Source: an uncultured Holophagales bacterium
GTDB taxonomy: Bacteria; Acidobacteriota; Thermoanaerobaculia; Multivoradales; UBA5704
Length of the DNA: 64,000 bases
Reading direction: 5' to 3'
NCBI GenBank assembly: GCA_963842525.1
Contig: CAWJGT010000004.1
Span: 32,001 to 96,000, forward strand
The translations under genes and the position numbers were made by a program. Below are positions 11,034-21,552 of this stretch, piece by piece (within the stretch, counting starts at the first letter, position 1; every line of letters starts with the position of its first letter). Under the pieces are notes generated by a model that saw nothing but the letters and a program-made list of their open reading frames with translations, made no database searches and was not told the DNA's origin.

Positions 11034-11483
11034 TCAGCCTGGCGGGCTTGAAGGGAGGTCTCTCAGAGAGAGCACCGGGCCGCGGTATCCCCGTTCGGAA
11101 TGCTTCTCGAGAGCAACGATCTCGCGGAGAGCTTCCTCCATCGAGGATGGTCCGATGCGCAGAGGAACTCCCAATCGGAGGAAACGGTCCTGCAGCTCAA
11201 GGCGAGAGAGACCCAGCTCGTCGGCTGTCTTGCCAAGATTGATCTCGGTATTCAGATATCTCCGAAGCACCCAGGCGTCGCGGGAGATTTCCTCGTTGGG
11301 CTCAGACGCCCCGGTCGCGCAAGCAGCGAGAGCCTGAAGCAGCCGGAAGTCTGCAGCGTCCAGCAGCACGACCTGTTCCTCTCCCGAGCTTTCGACCACG
11401 GCCATTTCCCCATGGCGTATACGCTCCACGATCTCGCGAGCCCTGCCCTCGAGGTCCGTCTGGGAGATGACTGTTTTGATCAT
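11034..11483 (-). CDS. Phd/YefM-like N-terminus + UPF0175-like HTH (putative antitoxin)
   Basis: ISQTDL..RAREIV..MAVVES.G Phd-like start; INLGKTADELGLSRLEL..LGVP UPF0175-like. Confidence 0.65.
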   Translation of the reverse strand: MIKTVISQTDLEGRAREIVERIRHGEMAVVESSGEEQVVLLDAADFRLLQALAACATGASEPNEEISRDAWVLRRYLNTEINLGKTADELGLSRLELQDRFLRLGVPLRIGPSSMEEALREIVALEKHSERGYRGPVLSLRDLPSSPPG

Positions 11484-11603
11484 GAGTGCCGTCCGTATCC
11501 GGGATGGAATCTTACTTCCTCTCGGCCGTGCGCACAAGCCGCGCACGGACTGACGTGTCACCGGGCCCGGCGGGTCTGACCGCCGGGCTCTGCTCCGCCG
11601 GCC

Positions 11604-13373
11604 CTATGCCGCGTAGAACCCTTCGATGACGTTCGAATACTTCTCGTTGATGATCCGTCGCTTCAGCTTCATGGTCGGGGTCAGCTCGCCGCCTTCGATC
11701 GACAGCTCCTCGGGGAGGATGGCGAATTTCTTGATCGTCTCGTAGCGGGCGAGCGACTTGTTGACCTCTTCCACCTGCCGCTCGAGGTGCATGTTGAAGA
11801 TCGGACAGGCGGCGAGGTCCTTTGCGCCGCGCGCCGGGCTGCCGGCGGCCTGGGCCTCGGCCTCGATGCGCAGCGGATCGAGGGTCAGCAGCGCGGTCAG
11901 GTAGTTGCGGCGGTCGCCGATCACCACCGCCTGCGAGACCACCGGGATCTGCTTGAGCTTGGACTCCAGGATCTGCGGGCCGATGTTCTTGCCGCCGGAG
12001 GTAATGATCAGCTCCTTCTTGCGGTCGGTGATCTTGAGGAACCCATCCGCATCGATCTCGCCGACGTCGCCGGAGTGGAGCCAGCCGTCCTCGTCGATCA
12101 TCTCGCGGCTGGCCGCCTCGTTCTTGTAATAGCCGGGGAAGACGTGCGGGCCGCGCATCAGGACCTCTCCGTCCCCGGCGGTCTTGACCTCGGTGCCGCG
12201 GATCGGCGTGCCGACCTTGCCGAAACGGTACTTGTCCGGCGTGGAGAAGGTGGCCGGGCCGGTGCACTCGCTCATCCCGTACACCTCCATGATCGGGACG
12301 CCCAGGCTGGCGAAGAAGTCGAGGGTCTCGACCGAGATGGGCGCCGTCGAGGTGGAGCAGGTACCCGCCCGGTCGAGGCCCAGGCGGTCGCGCACCTTGG
12401 AGAAGACGAGCTGTTTGGCGAGCGGATAGAAGAGCGGCTTGGGACGCCCCGCCTGGTCGGCGGTGCTGGCTTCCCGGCCGACCCCCCGCGCCCAGGCGGA
12501 GATCTTCTTCTTGAGCCCGGTGTTCTGGGCCCCGGCCGCCTGGATGGCTGCCTGCATCTTTTCCCAGACCCGCGGCACGGCGAAGAAGAAGTGCGGGCGC
12601 ACCTCCCGCAGGTTCTCCCCCAGCTTCTCCAGGCTCTCGGCGAACCAACTGCAGCCGCCTACCGACATGGGGCAGTGCAGCGAGACCACCTGCTCGGCGA
12701 TGTGGGAAAGCGGCAGGTAGCTGATCAGGTCGCTCGTGGGCGTGACCGCGTACGCCTCGACCACCCGCAGAGCCGTCCAGGTGACGTTGTGATGGGTGAG
12801 CATGACGGCCTTCGGCGGCCCGGTGGTGCCCGAGGTGTAGATCAGCGTACAAAGATCTTCCGGCTTCTGGGCGTCGATCCGCTTGCGGAGCTCCTCCTCG
12901 GGGACTCGCGTGCCCATCTCGAGGAGCTGCGGCCACGAGTAGACCCCCTCGTCGCGGGATTCGCCGGTCATCAGGACGATGGCCTTGAGCTTCGGGAGCT
13001 GGCCGCGGATCTGGCGGAAGACGTCCAGGTACTTCTCGTTCTCCAGCACGGCCACCGCCGCCTCCGCGTGGCCGGCGATGTACTGGCACTGGTCGGGCGC
13101 GAGAGTGGTGTAGATGCCGGCCGGGAAGCCGCCCGCCGCGATGGCGCCGATGTCGGCCAGGAACCACTCGGGCCGGTTGAAGCCCATGATGGCCACCCCC
13201 TGCCCGGGCTCCAGGCCCAGGTGCAGGAATCCCCGGGCCACCAGATACGCCTGGTCCCGGTACTCCTTCCAGGTTGTGGTCATCCACTGGCCGTCCCGCT
13301 TCGCGCGCATTGCCGGCCGCTCGCCGTTCTCGCGGGCCGTCCTCTCCAGAACCTGCATGATCGTTTCGGGCAT
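11604..13373 (-). CDS. fadD: long-chain fatty acid-CoA ligase
   Basis: YTSGTTGPPK, YGMSE, SGDVG, DRKKELIITSGGKNI, PTMKLKR. Confidence 0.92.
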   Translation of the reverse strand: MPETIMQVLERTARENGERPAMRAKRDGQWMTTTWKEYRDQAYLVARGFLHLGLEPGQGVAIMGFNRPEWFLADIGAIAAGGFPAGIYTTLAPDQCQYIAGHAEAAVAVLENEKYLDVFRQIRGQLPKLKAIVLMTGESRDEGVYSWPQLLEMGTRVPEEELRKRIDAQKPEDLCTLIYTSGTTGPPKAVMLTHHNVTWTALRVVEAYAVTPTSDLISYLPLSHIAEQVVSLHCPMSVGGCSWFAESLEKLGENLREVRPHFFFAVPRVWEKMQAAIQAAGAQNTGLKKKISAWARGVGREASTADQAGRPKPLFYPLAKQLVFSKVRDRLGLDRAGTCSTSTAPISVETLDFFASLGVPIMEVYGMSECTGPATFSTPDKYRFGKVGTPIRGTEVKTAGDGEVLMRGPHVFPGYYKNEAASREMIDEDGWLHSGDVGEIDADGFLKITDRKKELIITSGGKNIGPQILESKLKQIPVVSQAVVIGDRRNYLTALLTLDPLRIEAEAQAAGSPARGAKDLAACPIFNMHLERQVEEVNKSLARYETIKKFAILPEELSIEGGELTPTMKLKRRIINEKYSNVIEGFYAA

Positions 13374-13462
13374 GGGGCGTCTCCTCGCCAAAAGGATGGG
13401 ATCGAGACATACCCGTAACACCGGAACGGGCCGGGTGTCAACGGGCGGACACCCGGTGAGGG

Positions 13463-14212
13463 TCAGCGGATCGTGATTTCGACCCGGCAGCGCTGGACGC
13501 CGCCGGCACCGTATTCGACCGGCACGACGTAGAACCCGCTCTGCTCGGTCCGGCGGCGTACGGACGGCGTCATGCGGGGGTCGTCCTCGAACGTGATCTC
13601 GCTGACCAGCCTGGACTGGCCGTCCACGAAGACCTGGATGTGGATGTGCTCCGGCAGCGAGCTGCGCGGATAGCCTTCCGGCCGGATGGTGTCGACCTCG
13701 AACTTCCCATCGGCGCCGGTCCTCAGGTAGCCGAACAGCCGGGCGTGCCCGTGGTCGCCATTCCCGCCCGAGAAGTGCGGAGCCTTGTCGGAATACCAGC
13801 CCCTGGCGTCGGTCTGGTAGACATAGACCAGGGCGCCGGCGAGCGGCTTGCCGCCGGCCTGCCGGAGCGTACCGGTGGCCACCATGCGATCGCCGGGCTC
13901 CTTGGAGGTGACGAGCCGCACCCGGGGGCTTTTGGCGTGGCGGGCGATGAGCTCGCGGAAGGACGTGCGCTCGTGGAGCGGCAGCCAGGCGGGATCGGTC
14001 AGCACGGCCGAGACGTCGGCGGCCCCGGACCCGAGGGCCTTGTCCGCTCGTTCGAGAAGGGCCTGAACCTCCGGCGTGTCCGGCCCCGGCGGCGAGACCG
14101 AGCGCGGCTCGTCCTGCGGCTGGGCTGCGGCCATGGAGGGGACCTCGGGCCGGTCGCATCCCCAGGGGAGCGTCAGCAGGGCGAGAAGGGCGAAGAGCAC
14201 GGGTCGGCGCAT
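13463..14212 (-). CDS. intradiol ring-cleavage dioxygenase-like lipoprotein
   Basis: lipobox-like LPWGC; YQTDARGWY, TIRPEGYP, PEHIH (Tyr/Tyr/His/His iron ligands). Confidence 0.8.
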   Translation of the reverse strand: MRRPVLFALLALLTLPWGCDRPEVPSMAAAQPQDEPRSVSPPGPDTPEVQALLERADKALGSGAADVSAVLTDPAWLPLHERTSFRELIARHAKSPRVRLVTSKEPGDRMVATGTLRQAGGKPLAGALVYVYQTDARGWYSDKAPHFSGGNGDHGHARLFGYLRTGADGKFEVDTIRPEGYPRSSLPEHIHIQVFVDGQSRLVSEITFEDDPRMTPSVRRRTEQSGFYVVPVEYGAGGVQRCRVEITIR

Positions 14213-14433
14213 GGGCGGTTCCTCCGGAAAAATCCACACAGAGCTTACCGGCCCTGAGCTGCCTTTGTGCTGCCGGGACGCTTCGTTTTACATCGTTTTA
14301 CGCGGGGTAGAAGAAAACCCGGCGACGAATCGCCGGGTCGATGAGTTGCATCACATGGGACCGCCGGGCCCGGCCCCCCTCCCCCCGGGGAGCGGAGTTG
14401 GGTGGGGAGAGGGGACCGGGTTCCGGAGGTTTC

Positions 14434-17400
14434 TCATTCCTTGGACCAGACAGGCACCCGGCCGGGCGTCCACGGGGAGCCGGCCGACTCCATGCGCTGC
14501 TCGAGGCTCCGCAGGTCGACTTCGACGATCCGCCGCAGGTCCTCGAGGAGGGGCTCGAACTCGCCGGCGGCGATCTCGTAGGCGTCCAGGCTGGTGCGGG
14601 TGGGCGCCGCGGTTGCAGACCAGTGGCTGCCCACGATGAAGCCGATGCGGTCGAGGATCGCGGGCGGCGTCGGCTCGTTGCGGGCGCTCAGCACGCCGTC
14701 TCCCGCGAGGACGAGGCCCACGTCCCGCAGCCGGGCTTCGAGCGACCTCGCCTCGTCGCCCAGTCGGGGATCGGCCCCCGGGGTGTCGAGGAGCGCCTGC
14801 TTCAGGTGCGCGATCCGGCCCTGCGCCTCGCCCAGGGTCGCCATGGCTCCGTAGACGGCGCGCTGCAGGCGGGCGCTCTTGCGTACGAAGTCCTGGAGCG
14901 CCGCGCGGTCGGAGGCCGCCAGGGCCGTCTCGCCGAGCGGTGTCACCTCGAAGGCCTGGGGCTCACCGAGCGGCGTCTCCTTGCCATCCACCCGCAGCGC
15001 CAGGGAGACGCGATAGGTGCCGGGCGCGGCCAGCGGGCCCTGCGGGATGTAGACGTAGGGATTGTCAGGCGTCGGCGGCGTCAGGTCGGTCGGGTCCGCG
15101 GGCGGCCAGCGCAAGTCCCAGGCGATCCGGTGGAGGCCGGCCGTGGCCGGCGCGGTCAGCCGCCGGAGGACGCTGCCCCCGTCGTCCGCGATGGTGAAGA
15201 GCAGGACCGGCTCCTCCTCCGCGGCCTCGGCCCGCAGGTCGGCCGGGATGGGATAGGACAGAGTCCCGCCGGCCTTCTCGACCTCTTTCTCGCGCTCCTG
15301 CCGCGCCTTGCGCCGGGTCTTGACCCCGTCCTTCAGATACCCGGTGAAGACGGCGCCGAAGGGCGGGTTGGGTGCGGCGAAGAACGAATCCCCCTGGAAC
15401 GACTTGTCGCGGTAGCCGAGCGGCGACGCGGGGCTATACGCCTTGGCCGGCTCGACCGGGAAGAGGAAGCCGTCGCTCGCCAGCCGTTCGGCAGCGCCGT
15501 GCCGCAGCGGCGTGTAGTCGTCCAGGATCCAGATCCCGCGGCCGAAGGTGCCCACCACCAAGTCGTTCTCGCGCTTCTGGATGGCGAGGTCGCGCACCTG
15601 GATCGTGGGCAGGCCTCCTTGGAGCCGCACCCATCGACGGCCGTTGTCGCGGGTGAAGAACAGCCCGAATTCCGTGCCCGCGAAGAGCAGGCCGGGGTCG
15701 ACGTGATCCTCTGCCACGGCGTACACGGTGCCGCGCTCGGGCAGGTCGCCGGCGATTGACACCCAGGTCCGGCCGCGGTCGCTGCTCTTGAGCAGATAGG
15801 GCCGGAAGTCCCCCATCTTGTGGTTGTCGAAGGCGGCATAGACCGTCGCGGCGTCGTGCTGCGAGGCGAGGAGCCGACTGACGTAGGTCTGCTCGGGCAC
15901 GCCGGGGATGCGCTCGATGCGGCGCCAGCTTGTGCCGCCGTCCTCGCTCACCTGGACCAGGCCGTCATCGGTGCCGGCATAGAGGAGCCCCGCGGCCCGC
16001 GGCGACTCGTCCAGGGCGACGATGTTGCCGTAGAAGGAGGTCCCGGTGTGCTTGGCCACTGCGTCGACGGACCAGATCTTTCCCATGACCGGCAGCCGGT
16101 TGCGGTCGAGCAGCCGGGTCAGGTCGCCGCTCACCGCCTGCCAGCCCTGGCCGCGGTCGTCGCTGCGGAAGACCCGGTTGGAAGCGAACCAGAGGCGCGC
16201 CGGATCGTGCGGGCTGACGATCAGCGGCGAGTCCCAGTTCCAACGCAGCGGCGGCTCGCCCCGGCCCTCCTGCGGCTGGATGAACACCACCTCGCCGCTC
16301 TTGCGGTCGAAGCGTCGAAGGGAGCCGTACTGGGCCTGCGAGTAGACAATGTCCGGGTTCTCGGGATCGACCCGCGGCTGGAAGCCGTCGCCGGTGCCGA
16401 GCACCTCCCAATCGCGGTTCGTGACGCCATGGATGCTCGCCGTCTGCGAGGGGCCGCCGATCGTGAAGTTGTCCTGGGTGCCGCCGTAGATCCGATAGAA
16501 AGGGAGCGAGTCGTCCAGGGCGATTTTGTAATACTGGACCGTGGGCATATTGGGCTTGAAGTCCCAGGTCGCGCCGCGGTCGAAGCTCTCGTACAGGCCG
16601 CCGTCGCAGCCCACCAGGTAGTGCCGGGTGTCCTGCGGATCGACCCAGATCGCGTGGTTGTCCACGTGCTTGGAGCTCTCGCCGAGATCGTGGAAGCTCC
16701 GGCCGCCGTCTTCGCTGACCTGGAGGAAGACGTCCATGGAGTAGATCCGGTCGGCGTCCTTGGGATCGACCGAGATCTCGCCGTAGTACTGCGAGCCATC
16801 GGGGACGTACGAGCTGCGCTTCTCCCAGGTGGCACCGCGATTGGTGGAGCGGAAGAAGCCGCCGGCTCCGCGCGCCGCCTCGATCACGGCATAGACCGTG
16901 TCCGGCGCCGAGGGAGCCACGGCAAGGCCGATCCGGCCGATCTCCTCGGACGGGAGGCCGGAAGTGAGCTTCTTCCAGGTCGCCCCGCCGTCGGTCGACT
17001 TGTAGAGCGCCGACTCCGGCCCGCCGTCGATCAGGGTCCAGACATGCCGCCGGCGCTGCCAGGCCGCGGCATAGAGGACGTCGGGATCGCGCGGGTCGAA
17101 GGCGACGTCGGTGACGCCGGTGTTCTCGCTGATCGCGAGCGCCTGCTTCCACGTCTTGCCGCCGTCCGTGCTCTTGTAGAGCCCGCGGTCGCCGCCGGCG
17201 CTCCAGAGCGGTCCCTGGGCAGCTACCCAGACGACGCGCGAGTCGCGCGGATCGATGAGGATCCTGCCGATGTGCTCGGACTTTTCGAGCCCCATGCGGG
17301 TCCACGACCTGCCGCCGTCCTCGGACCGGTAGACGCCGTCCCCGTACGAGACGCTCCGCTGGGCATTGTTCTCGCCGGTGCCGGCCCAGACCACCGCGGG

Positions 17401-17751
17401 GTTGTGAGGATCGATCGCAAGGCACCCGATCGAATAGGACCCCTCGCCGTCGAACACCGGCGTCCAGGTGGTCCCCGCATTGGTCGTCTTCCAGATGCCG
17501 CCCGAGGCGACGGCGGCATACCAGACAGAGCGGTCGGTCGGGTCGACCGCGATGTCGGAGATCCGGCCGCCTGTGAAGGCCGGCCCGATCGAGCGCAACG
17601 ACAACCCGGCCCAGACGGCGGCCGGGTCTTTTTCCTTGTCCTTGACGGAGTCTTCTTTCTTTGCAGGCGCACCCACCGCCGGCCCGGCAAGAGCCGCCAG
17701 GATCAGCAGGGCCGGAAGGATGGGGCGCCGTCGTGAGGCCGTCTCTCGCAT
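14434..17751 (-). CDS. secreted VPS10/sortilin-like BNR (Asp-box) repeat glycosyl hydrolase
   Basis: signal peptide; many SxDGGxTW Asp boxes; GGTQDN, RWNWDSP. Confidence 0.9.
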   Translation of the reverse strand: MRETASRRRPILPALLILAALAGPAVGAPAKKEDSVKDKEKDPAAVWAGLSLRSIGPAFTGGRISDIAVDPTDRSVWYAAVASGGIWKTTNAGTTWTPVFDGEGSYSIGCLAIDPHNPAVVWAGTGENNAQRSVSYGDGVYRSEDGGRSWTRMGLEKSEHIGRILIDPRDSRVVWVAAQGPLWSAGGDRGLYKSTDGGKTWKQALAISENTGVTDVAFDPRDPDVLYAAAWQRRRHVWTLIDGGPESALYKSTDGGATWKKLTSGLPSEEIGRIGLAVAPSAPDTVYAVIEAARGAGGFFRSTNRGATWEKRSSYVPDGSQYYGEISVDPKDADRIYSMDVFLQVSEDGGRSFHDLGESSKHVDNHAIWVDPQDTRHYLVGCDGGLYESFDRGATWDFKPNMPTVQYYKIALDDSLPFYRIYGGTQDNFTIGGPSQTASIHGVTNRDWEVLGTGDGFQPRVDPENPDIVYSQAQYGSLRRFDRKSGEVVFIQPQEGRGEPPLRWNWDSPLIVSPHDPARLWFASNRVFRSDDRGQGWQAVSGDLTRLLDRNRLPVMGKIWSVDAVAKHTGTSFYGNIVALDESPRAAGLLYAGTDDGLVQVSEDGGTSWRRIERIPGVPEQTYVSRLLASQHDAATVYAAFDNHKMGDFRPYLLKSSDRGRTWVSIAGDLPERGTVYAVAEDHVDPGLLFAGTEFGLFFTRDNGRRWVRLQGGLPTIQVRDLAIQKRENDLVVGTFGRGIWILDDYTPLRHGAAERLASDGFLFPVEPAKAYSPASPLGYRDKSFQGDSFFAAPNPPFGAVFTGYLKDGVKTRRKARQEREKEVEKAGGTLSYPIPADLRAEAAEEEPVLLFTIADDGGSVLRRLTAPATAGLHRIAWDLRWPPADPTDLTPPTPDNPYVYIPQGPLAAPGTYRVSLALRVDGKETPLGEPQAFEVTPLGETALAASDRAALQDFVRKSARLQRAVYGAMATLGEAQGRIAHLKQALLDTPGADPRLGDEARSLEARLRDVGLVLAGDGVLSARNEPTPPAILDRIGFIVGSHWSATAAPTRTSLDAYEIAAGEFEPLLEDLRRIVEVDLRSLEQRMESAGSPWTPGRVPVWSKE

Positions 17752-17925
17752 GACCCCGTTATAGCCGGGGCGGGGCGGGGGGCGCTTCCAGGATCTTGCT
17801 CGTTTGACGGGAAACCGGGTGACCCTCCCTGGAAACCCGTAGGAGAGCCTGAAGAAAGGCGACGGTGCTCGGCTCGAAGCTTGCAAGGGCGGCGCTCGAC
17901 GGTTTGAGGTGTCTCACCGTGCCGC

Positions 17926-19120
17926 TTGAGAAGATCACCAACTCCATGCGTCTCGTGCCGGTCGACGGGGGGAGAGGCGTGTGGTCGCCCGCCGCGCCCT
18001 CCTCTGGCTCATTGCGGTAGCCTCGCGGTCATCGCGATCGCCAGCGCGGCGCTGCTCTGGCTGCGCATCGCGGGGCCGCGCCCAGTGGACGAGGCAGACG
18101 AGGAGATGGCCGAGACCAGCCCCGAGTCACCGCTCACCGAGCTGGCCACCGCCGTCGGCTTCGACGAGGACGACTGCGGACTGGACATCCTCTACGCCGT
18201 CACCGGCGGCATCACCGGCAACGCCGAGGGTAAGAGCCCCGTCGAGAGCCCGCGCGCGCCGTTCTCGCTCAAGTTCAAAGACGAGGTGAGCCCCTACAGT
18301 CTGATGTCGAGTTTCGTGCCTGCCAGGCGAGCAGGTCGAGGTCGAGGCCGTCTTCACGGATCAGCCGACCCAGCTCGAAGCCTCGGTCGAGGAGGGTGAG
18401 CTGGTGACCCTGGGACCGGACCGATGGCGCTGGACGGCGCCACAGGAGCCCGGCGTGCACTGTCTGGCCGTGCGCGAGGTGGCCTCGCGGCACAGCACCT
18501 GCCTCAACATGTTCGTGATGGTGCCTTACCAGGGAGAAGAGGAGATCAATGGCTACCGCATCGGCCACTACCAACGCACGCCGCTCAGGGGGCAGCCGGC
18601 GTACGCGATGCCCCGCGGGCTGATCGAGGTGACGAGGACGAATCTCGGTACCTGGGTCTCGCCCCACTTCCGGCTGGCGCAATTCATCGGCAAGCAGGAA
18701 AGCGGCTACCCCAAGTATCTCGTCCTGCGCACACGGCTGCTCCTCAAGCTGGAGGCGGCCCTCGAGGAGCTGCGCGAGCGCGGCGTCGCGTCCGACACCC
18801 TCTTCGTGATGAGCGGCTACCGCACGCCCTTCTACAACGCCTCCATCGGCAACCGCACCAAGTACAGCCGCCACTCCTATGGCGACGCCGCCGACGTTTT
18901 CGTCGACCGCGACAACGACGGACGCATGGACGACATCACCGGCGACGGCAAGTCCAACCTCAGCGACGCCCTGCTCATCTACGGCATGGTCGACGAGCTG
19001 TCGAAGGACACCTGGTTTCAGCCGTTCGAGGGCGGCCTCGGTATCTACCCCCCGAATCCGCGCTTCGGACCCATGGTGCACATGGATACGCGGGGGGAGA
19101 AGACGAGATGGAAGGGGTAG
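17926..19120 (+). CDS. membrane-anchored peptidase M15A / D-Ala-D-Ala carboxypeptidase-like (frameshift near 18319; start uncertain)
   Basis: SGYRTPFYN, SRHSYGDAAD, VHMDTRG Zn motifs; N-terminal TM in another frame joins by a 1-nt deletion (FVLPGEQVEVEAVF). Confidence 0.8.
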
Positions 19121-19244
19121 GAAGGTTCAAGCCCACTGATAGAGGTGCCAGCCGAACAGCTTTGGATCGTGGCCTGCGGGCCGCAGGTGGACAGGTCGCG
19201 GCCGACGCGGCGCGCTAGGCCGCGGGCGTGTGGGGCCCCTTGCC

Positions 19245-20294
19245 CTATGGGAGCGCCGGCATACCTTGCCAAGGCTGGGAGATCGGAGAAAGCGCGTTGA
19301 CCTCACGCACCCGCTCCTCCCAGGAGTCTTTCACCTTGTGGGTGCCGTTGCCTCCTCCGTATTTTCCGATGATCCAAACCGCTTCGGGCGGCAGGCCCGC
19401 TCCGAGGTACGCCCAGATGTCTGTCCTCGCATTGCCATACGCGACATCCAGGAGGAAGCCGTCATCGACCAGCTTCTTGAGAAATTTGAGCTTGAAAGCG
19501 CCCACTCCCTTCTGCTTGGGGACCGCTTCCTCGTTGGAGTCCGTCACGTGGAGAACCCCTGGAGCGAAGCCCAGGGGCCCCTCCAGCCAACTGCGCGTCG
19601 TGTTCGCGAGCCAGTAGGGCCGGCCCGTCAAATACACGTTCACATATCCGCGGGCCGCCTGTGCCATGGTCAACCGAGCGGCGCCAGGGTACGCCTTGGG
19701 GACATACTCCCTGTGGAGGAGCGGGGAAAAAAGATCGGCCTTGACATTCTTGATGATTTCTTCGTCGCTCGTCGTCAACGTGCCATCGATATCAAATATG
19801 GTAAGGCGCGTCGCTCGTGGCAGGACCCACAGCCTGGCCTCCGCGGCACTTGCATCTCCTCCAACAACCAACCGTACGTCATACACGCCGATGCTCAGCG
19901 GTGACGCGATGGTGAACCGGACGCGTCCATCATCGTTGGTTCGCTCCTCCCCCAGCGAAATCCAGCCCCCGGCAGTGTCCAGGAAACCGAGGACCGGCTC
20001 GTCTTCGAGATCTTTGGAGGAACCGCCGTAAGTGAATTTCCCTTCGATGGTGATCGGTCTCCCATCATCAGGCACCAGGAGGTCCTGGGCCGAGTGGCTA
20101 GGAGCTCCCGACCGCGCGACCACGCGATTGTGATGGTGCCTCCATGGCCGGACTGTCTGCGGGACAGGCTCGTGAAATGTGCACGACTGGAGCGCCTCAA
20201 CTGTACACGGAGGTAAGAGAGGGGAAACCGCATCTGCTGCGGCACTACAACAGGCTACAAGAAGAACAAACAGCCCAGGCACAGTACGACGCAT
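19245..20294 (-). CDS. secreted LNS2/lipin-like HAD protein (PITP RdgB C-terminal-like)
   Basis: AAGGGAGG RBS, signal peptide, FDIDGTLT, YLTGRP, AYGN..TDI.AY. Confidence 0.8.
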   Translation of the reverse strand: MRRTVPGLFVLLVACCSAAADAVSPLLPPCTVEALQSCTFHEPVPQTVRPWRHHHNRVVARSGAPSHSAQDLLVPDDGRPITIEGKFTYGGSSKDLEDEPVLGFLDTAGGWISLGEERTNDDGRVRFTIASPLSIGVYDVRLVVGGDASAAEARLWVLPRATRLTIFDIDGTLTTSDEEIIKNVKADLFSPLLHREYVPKAYPGAARLTMAQAARGYVNVYLTGRPYWLANTTRSWLEGPLGFAPGVLHVTDSNEEAVPKQKGVGAFKLKFLKKLVDDGFLLDVAYGNARTDIWAYLGAGLPPEAVWIIGKYGGGNGTHKVKDSWEERVREVNALSPISQPWQGMPALP

Positions 20295-20657
20295 GTTTCC
20301 TCCCTTCGCCGCGCTCGTCAGCCTCCCGGCAACAGGGAACGCACGATCCCCGAGCCCTGCCCAGGGGCCTCTGCTTCGGCCGTATGATACGTTGTGGTCA
20401 CAGGGAGAACCAGGTCCTCCTTTCAGCGACTGGGCTGGGCTGAACGACGGCCGGCGCTGCCGAGGCCGTGCGCCACACGCCGGTGGAGAGCGATGTTTCG
20501 ATCTCGGTCCAAATGCGGCCGCAACAGCTTCTGATCCGCGCACGCGACAGCGGCTCCCGGAAGCCTGACCCCGGCGACCGTGGCTCCGCCGGGGCGCTGT
20601 CATGGCCCCGCGGGGCGCCTCGGTGGACCCGCGGGGCCACAGTATGGCGGGCACCGG

Positions 20658-20863
20658 ACCCGATTTACGGTGAAACGGCCCTCATCGCGGCGATCCGCCG
20701 CGGTTCGTCATGATCTCGGCCCGATTCGCCGTGACGCGAAGCCGTTTCCCGCGAATCGGCCCTCGTTCGTCATGAATCGGCCGCGTTAGCGGCGATCTCG
20801 TCTCGTTCACGGCGAACTCGATCCCGTTCACGGCGAATCACGACCTGTTCACCACGATCCGCC
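20658..20863. repeat. degenerate ~20-21-bp tandem repeat (~10 units, core CGTTCRYSGCGAAT)
   Basis: periodic GTTC...GCGA motifs. Confidence 0.6.
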
Positions 20864-21256
20864 CTGGTCGCGCCGGCGCCAGCGAGTCCGCCAGCCGCTG
20901 CTCCATCGACAGGACGTCGTAGAGCGGCACGTCGGGATCGAAGCCGGCGATGACCCGCCGCAGCGGTGGGAGAAGGGGATTCTCTGCTGCCAGTCCACGC
21001 GGATCAGCGGGAGAGAGGGTCTAGGGCCTGGCGGAGCGTCCCGCGAGCCCTGGCGCGGAAGGGGACCGCGATCGAGGAGGGAACGAGAACCCGACTCAAG
21101 ACAGGGGCCCTCCCTTTGCCATAACCCCAAGCTATGGGCAGTGGGTCAATCCAGAACGCTAGATCTGGTATACTTGGTTCAGTTATACGGGGCCGGTTTT
21201 GCGCGATGGGCACCCTTTTAGTTGGCTCTACTCTAGTGCGGGAAGGAGGTGAGATC

Positions 21257-21382
21257 ATGGGGACCAAGAAGATCACTCGGAGCGCAGTCAGCGGAAAGTT
21301 TGTCAAGCCGTCAGCCGCGAAAAGCCATCCGAAGACGACTGTGACTGAGACGGTCAAGACGCCGCCTAAGAAGAAGAAGTAA
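21257..21382 (+). CDS. small basic protein (41 aa; RSAVSGKFV...PKTTVTETV)
   Basis: perfect AAGGAGGTGA RBS; resembles a recurrent tiny-protein family of unknown function. Confidence 0.85.
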   Translation: MGTKKITRSAVSGKFVKPSAAKSHPKTTVTETVKTPPKKKK

Positions 21383-21552
21383 CCAGGGCGCCTACCGAAG
21401 CCGCGCCCCCGGCTCTAACCGCGACTCCGAGCACGCAGTCGCTGCATCACTCACCCGCGCTGTTCCTAGCCCGGGCATTCATGCCCGGGCTTCGAGTCAT
21501 CGCGGGGAAAGGCGGTGCAACTCCCTGCCGAATTTGCCGTAGTTCTTCAGAG

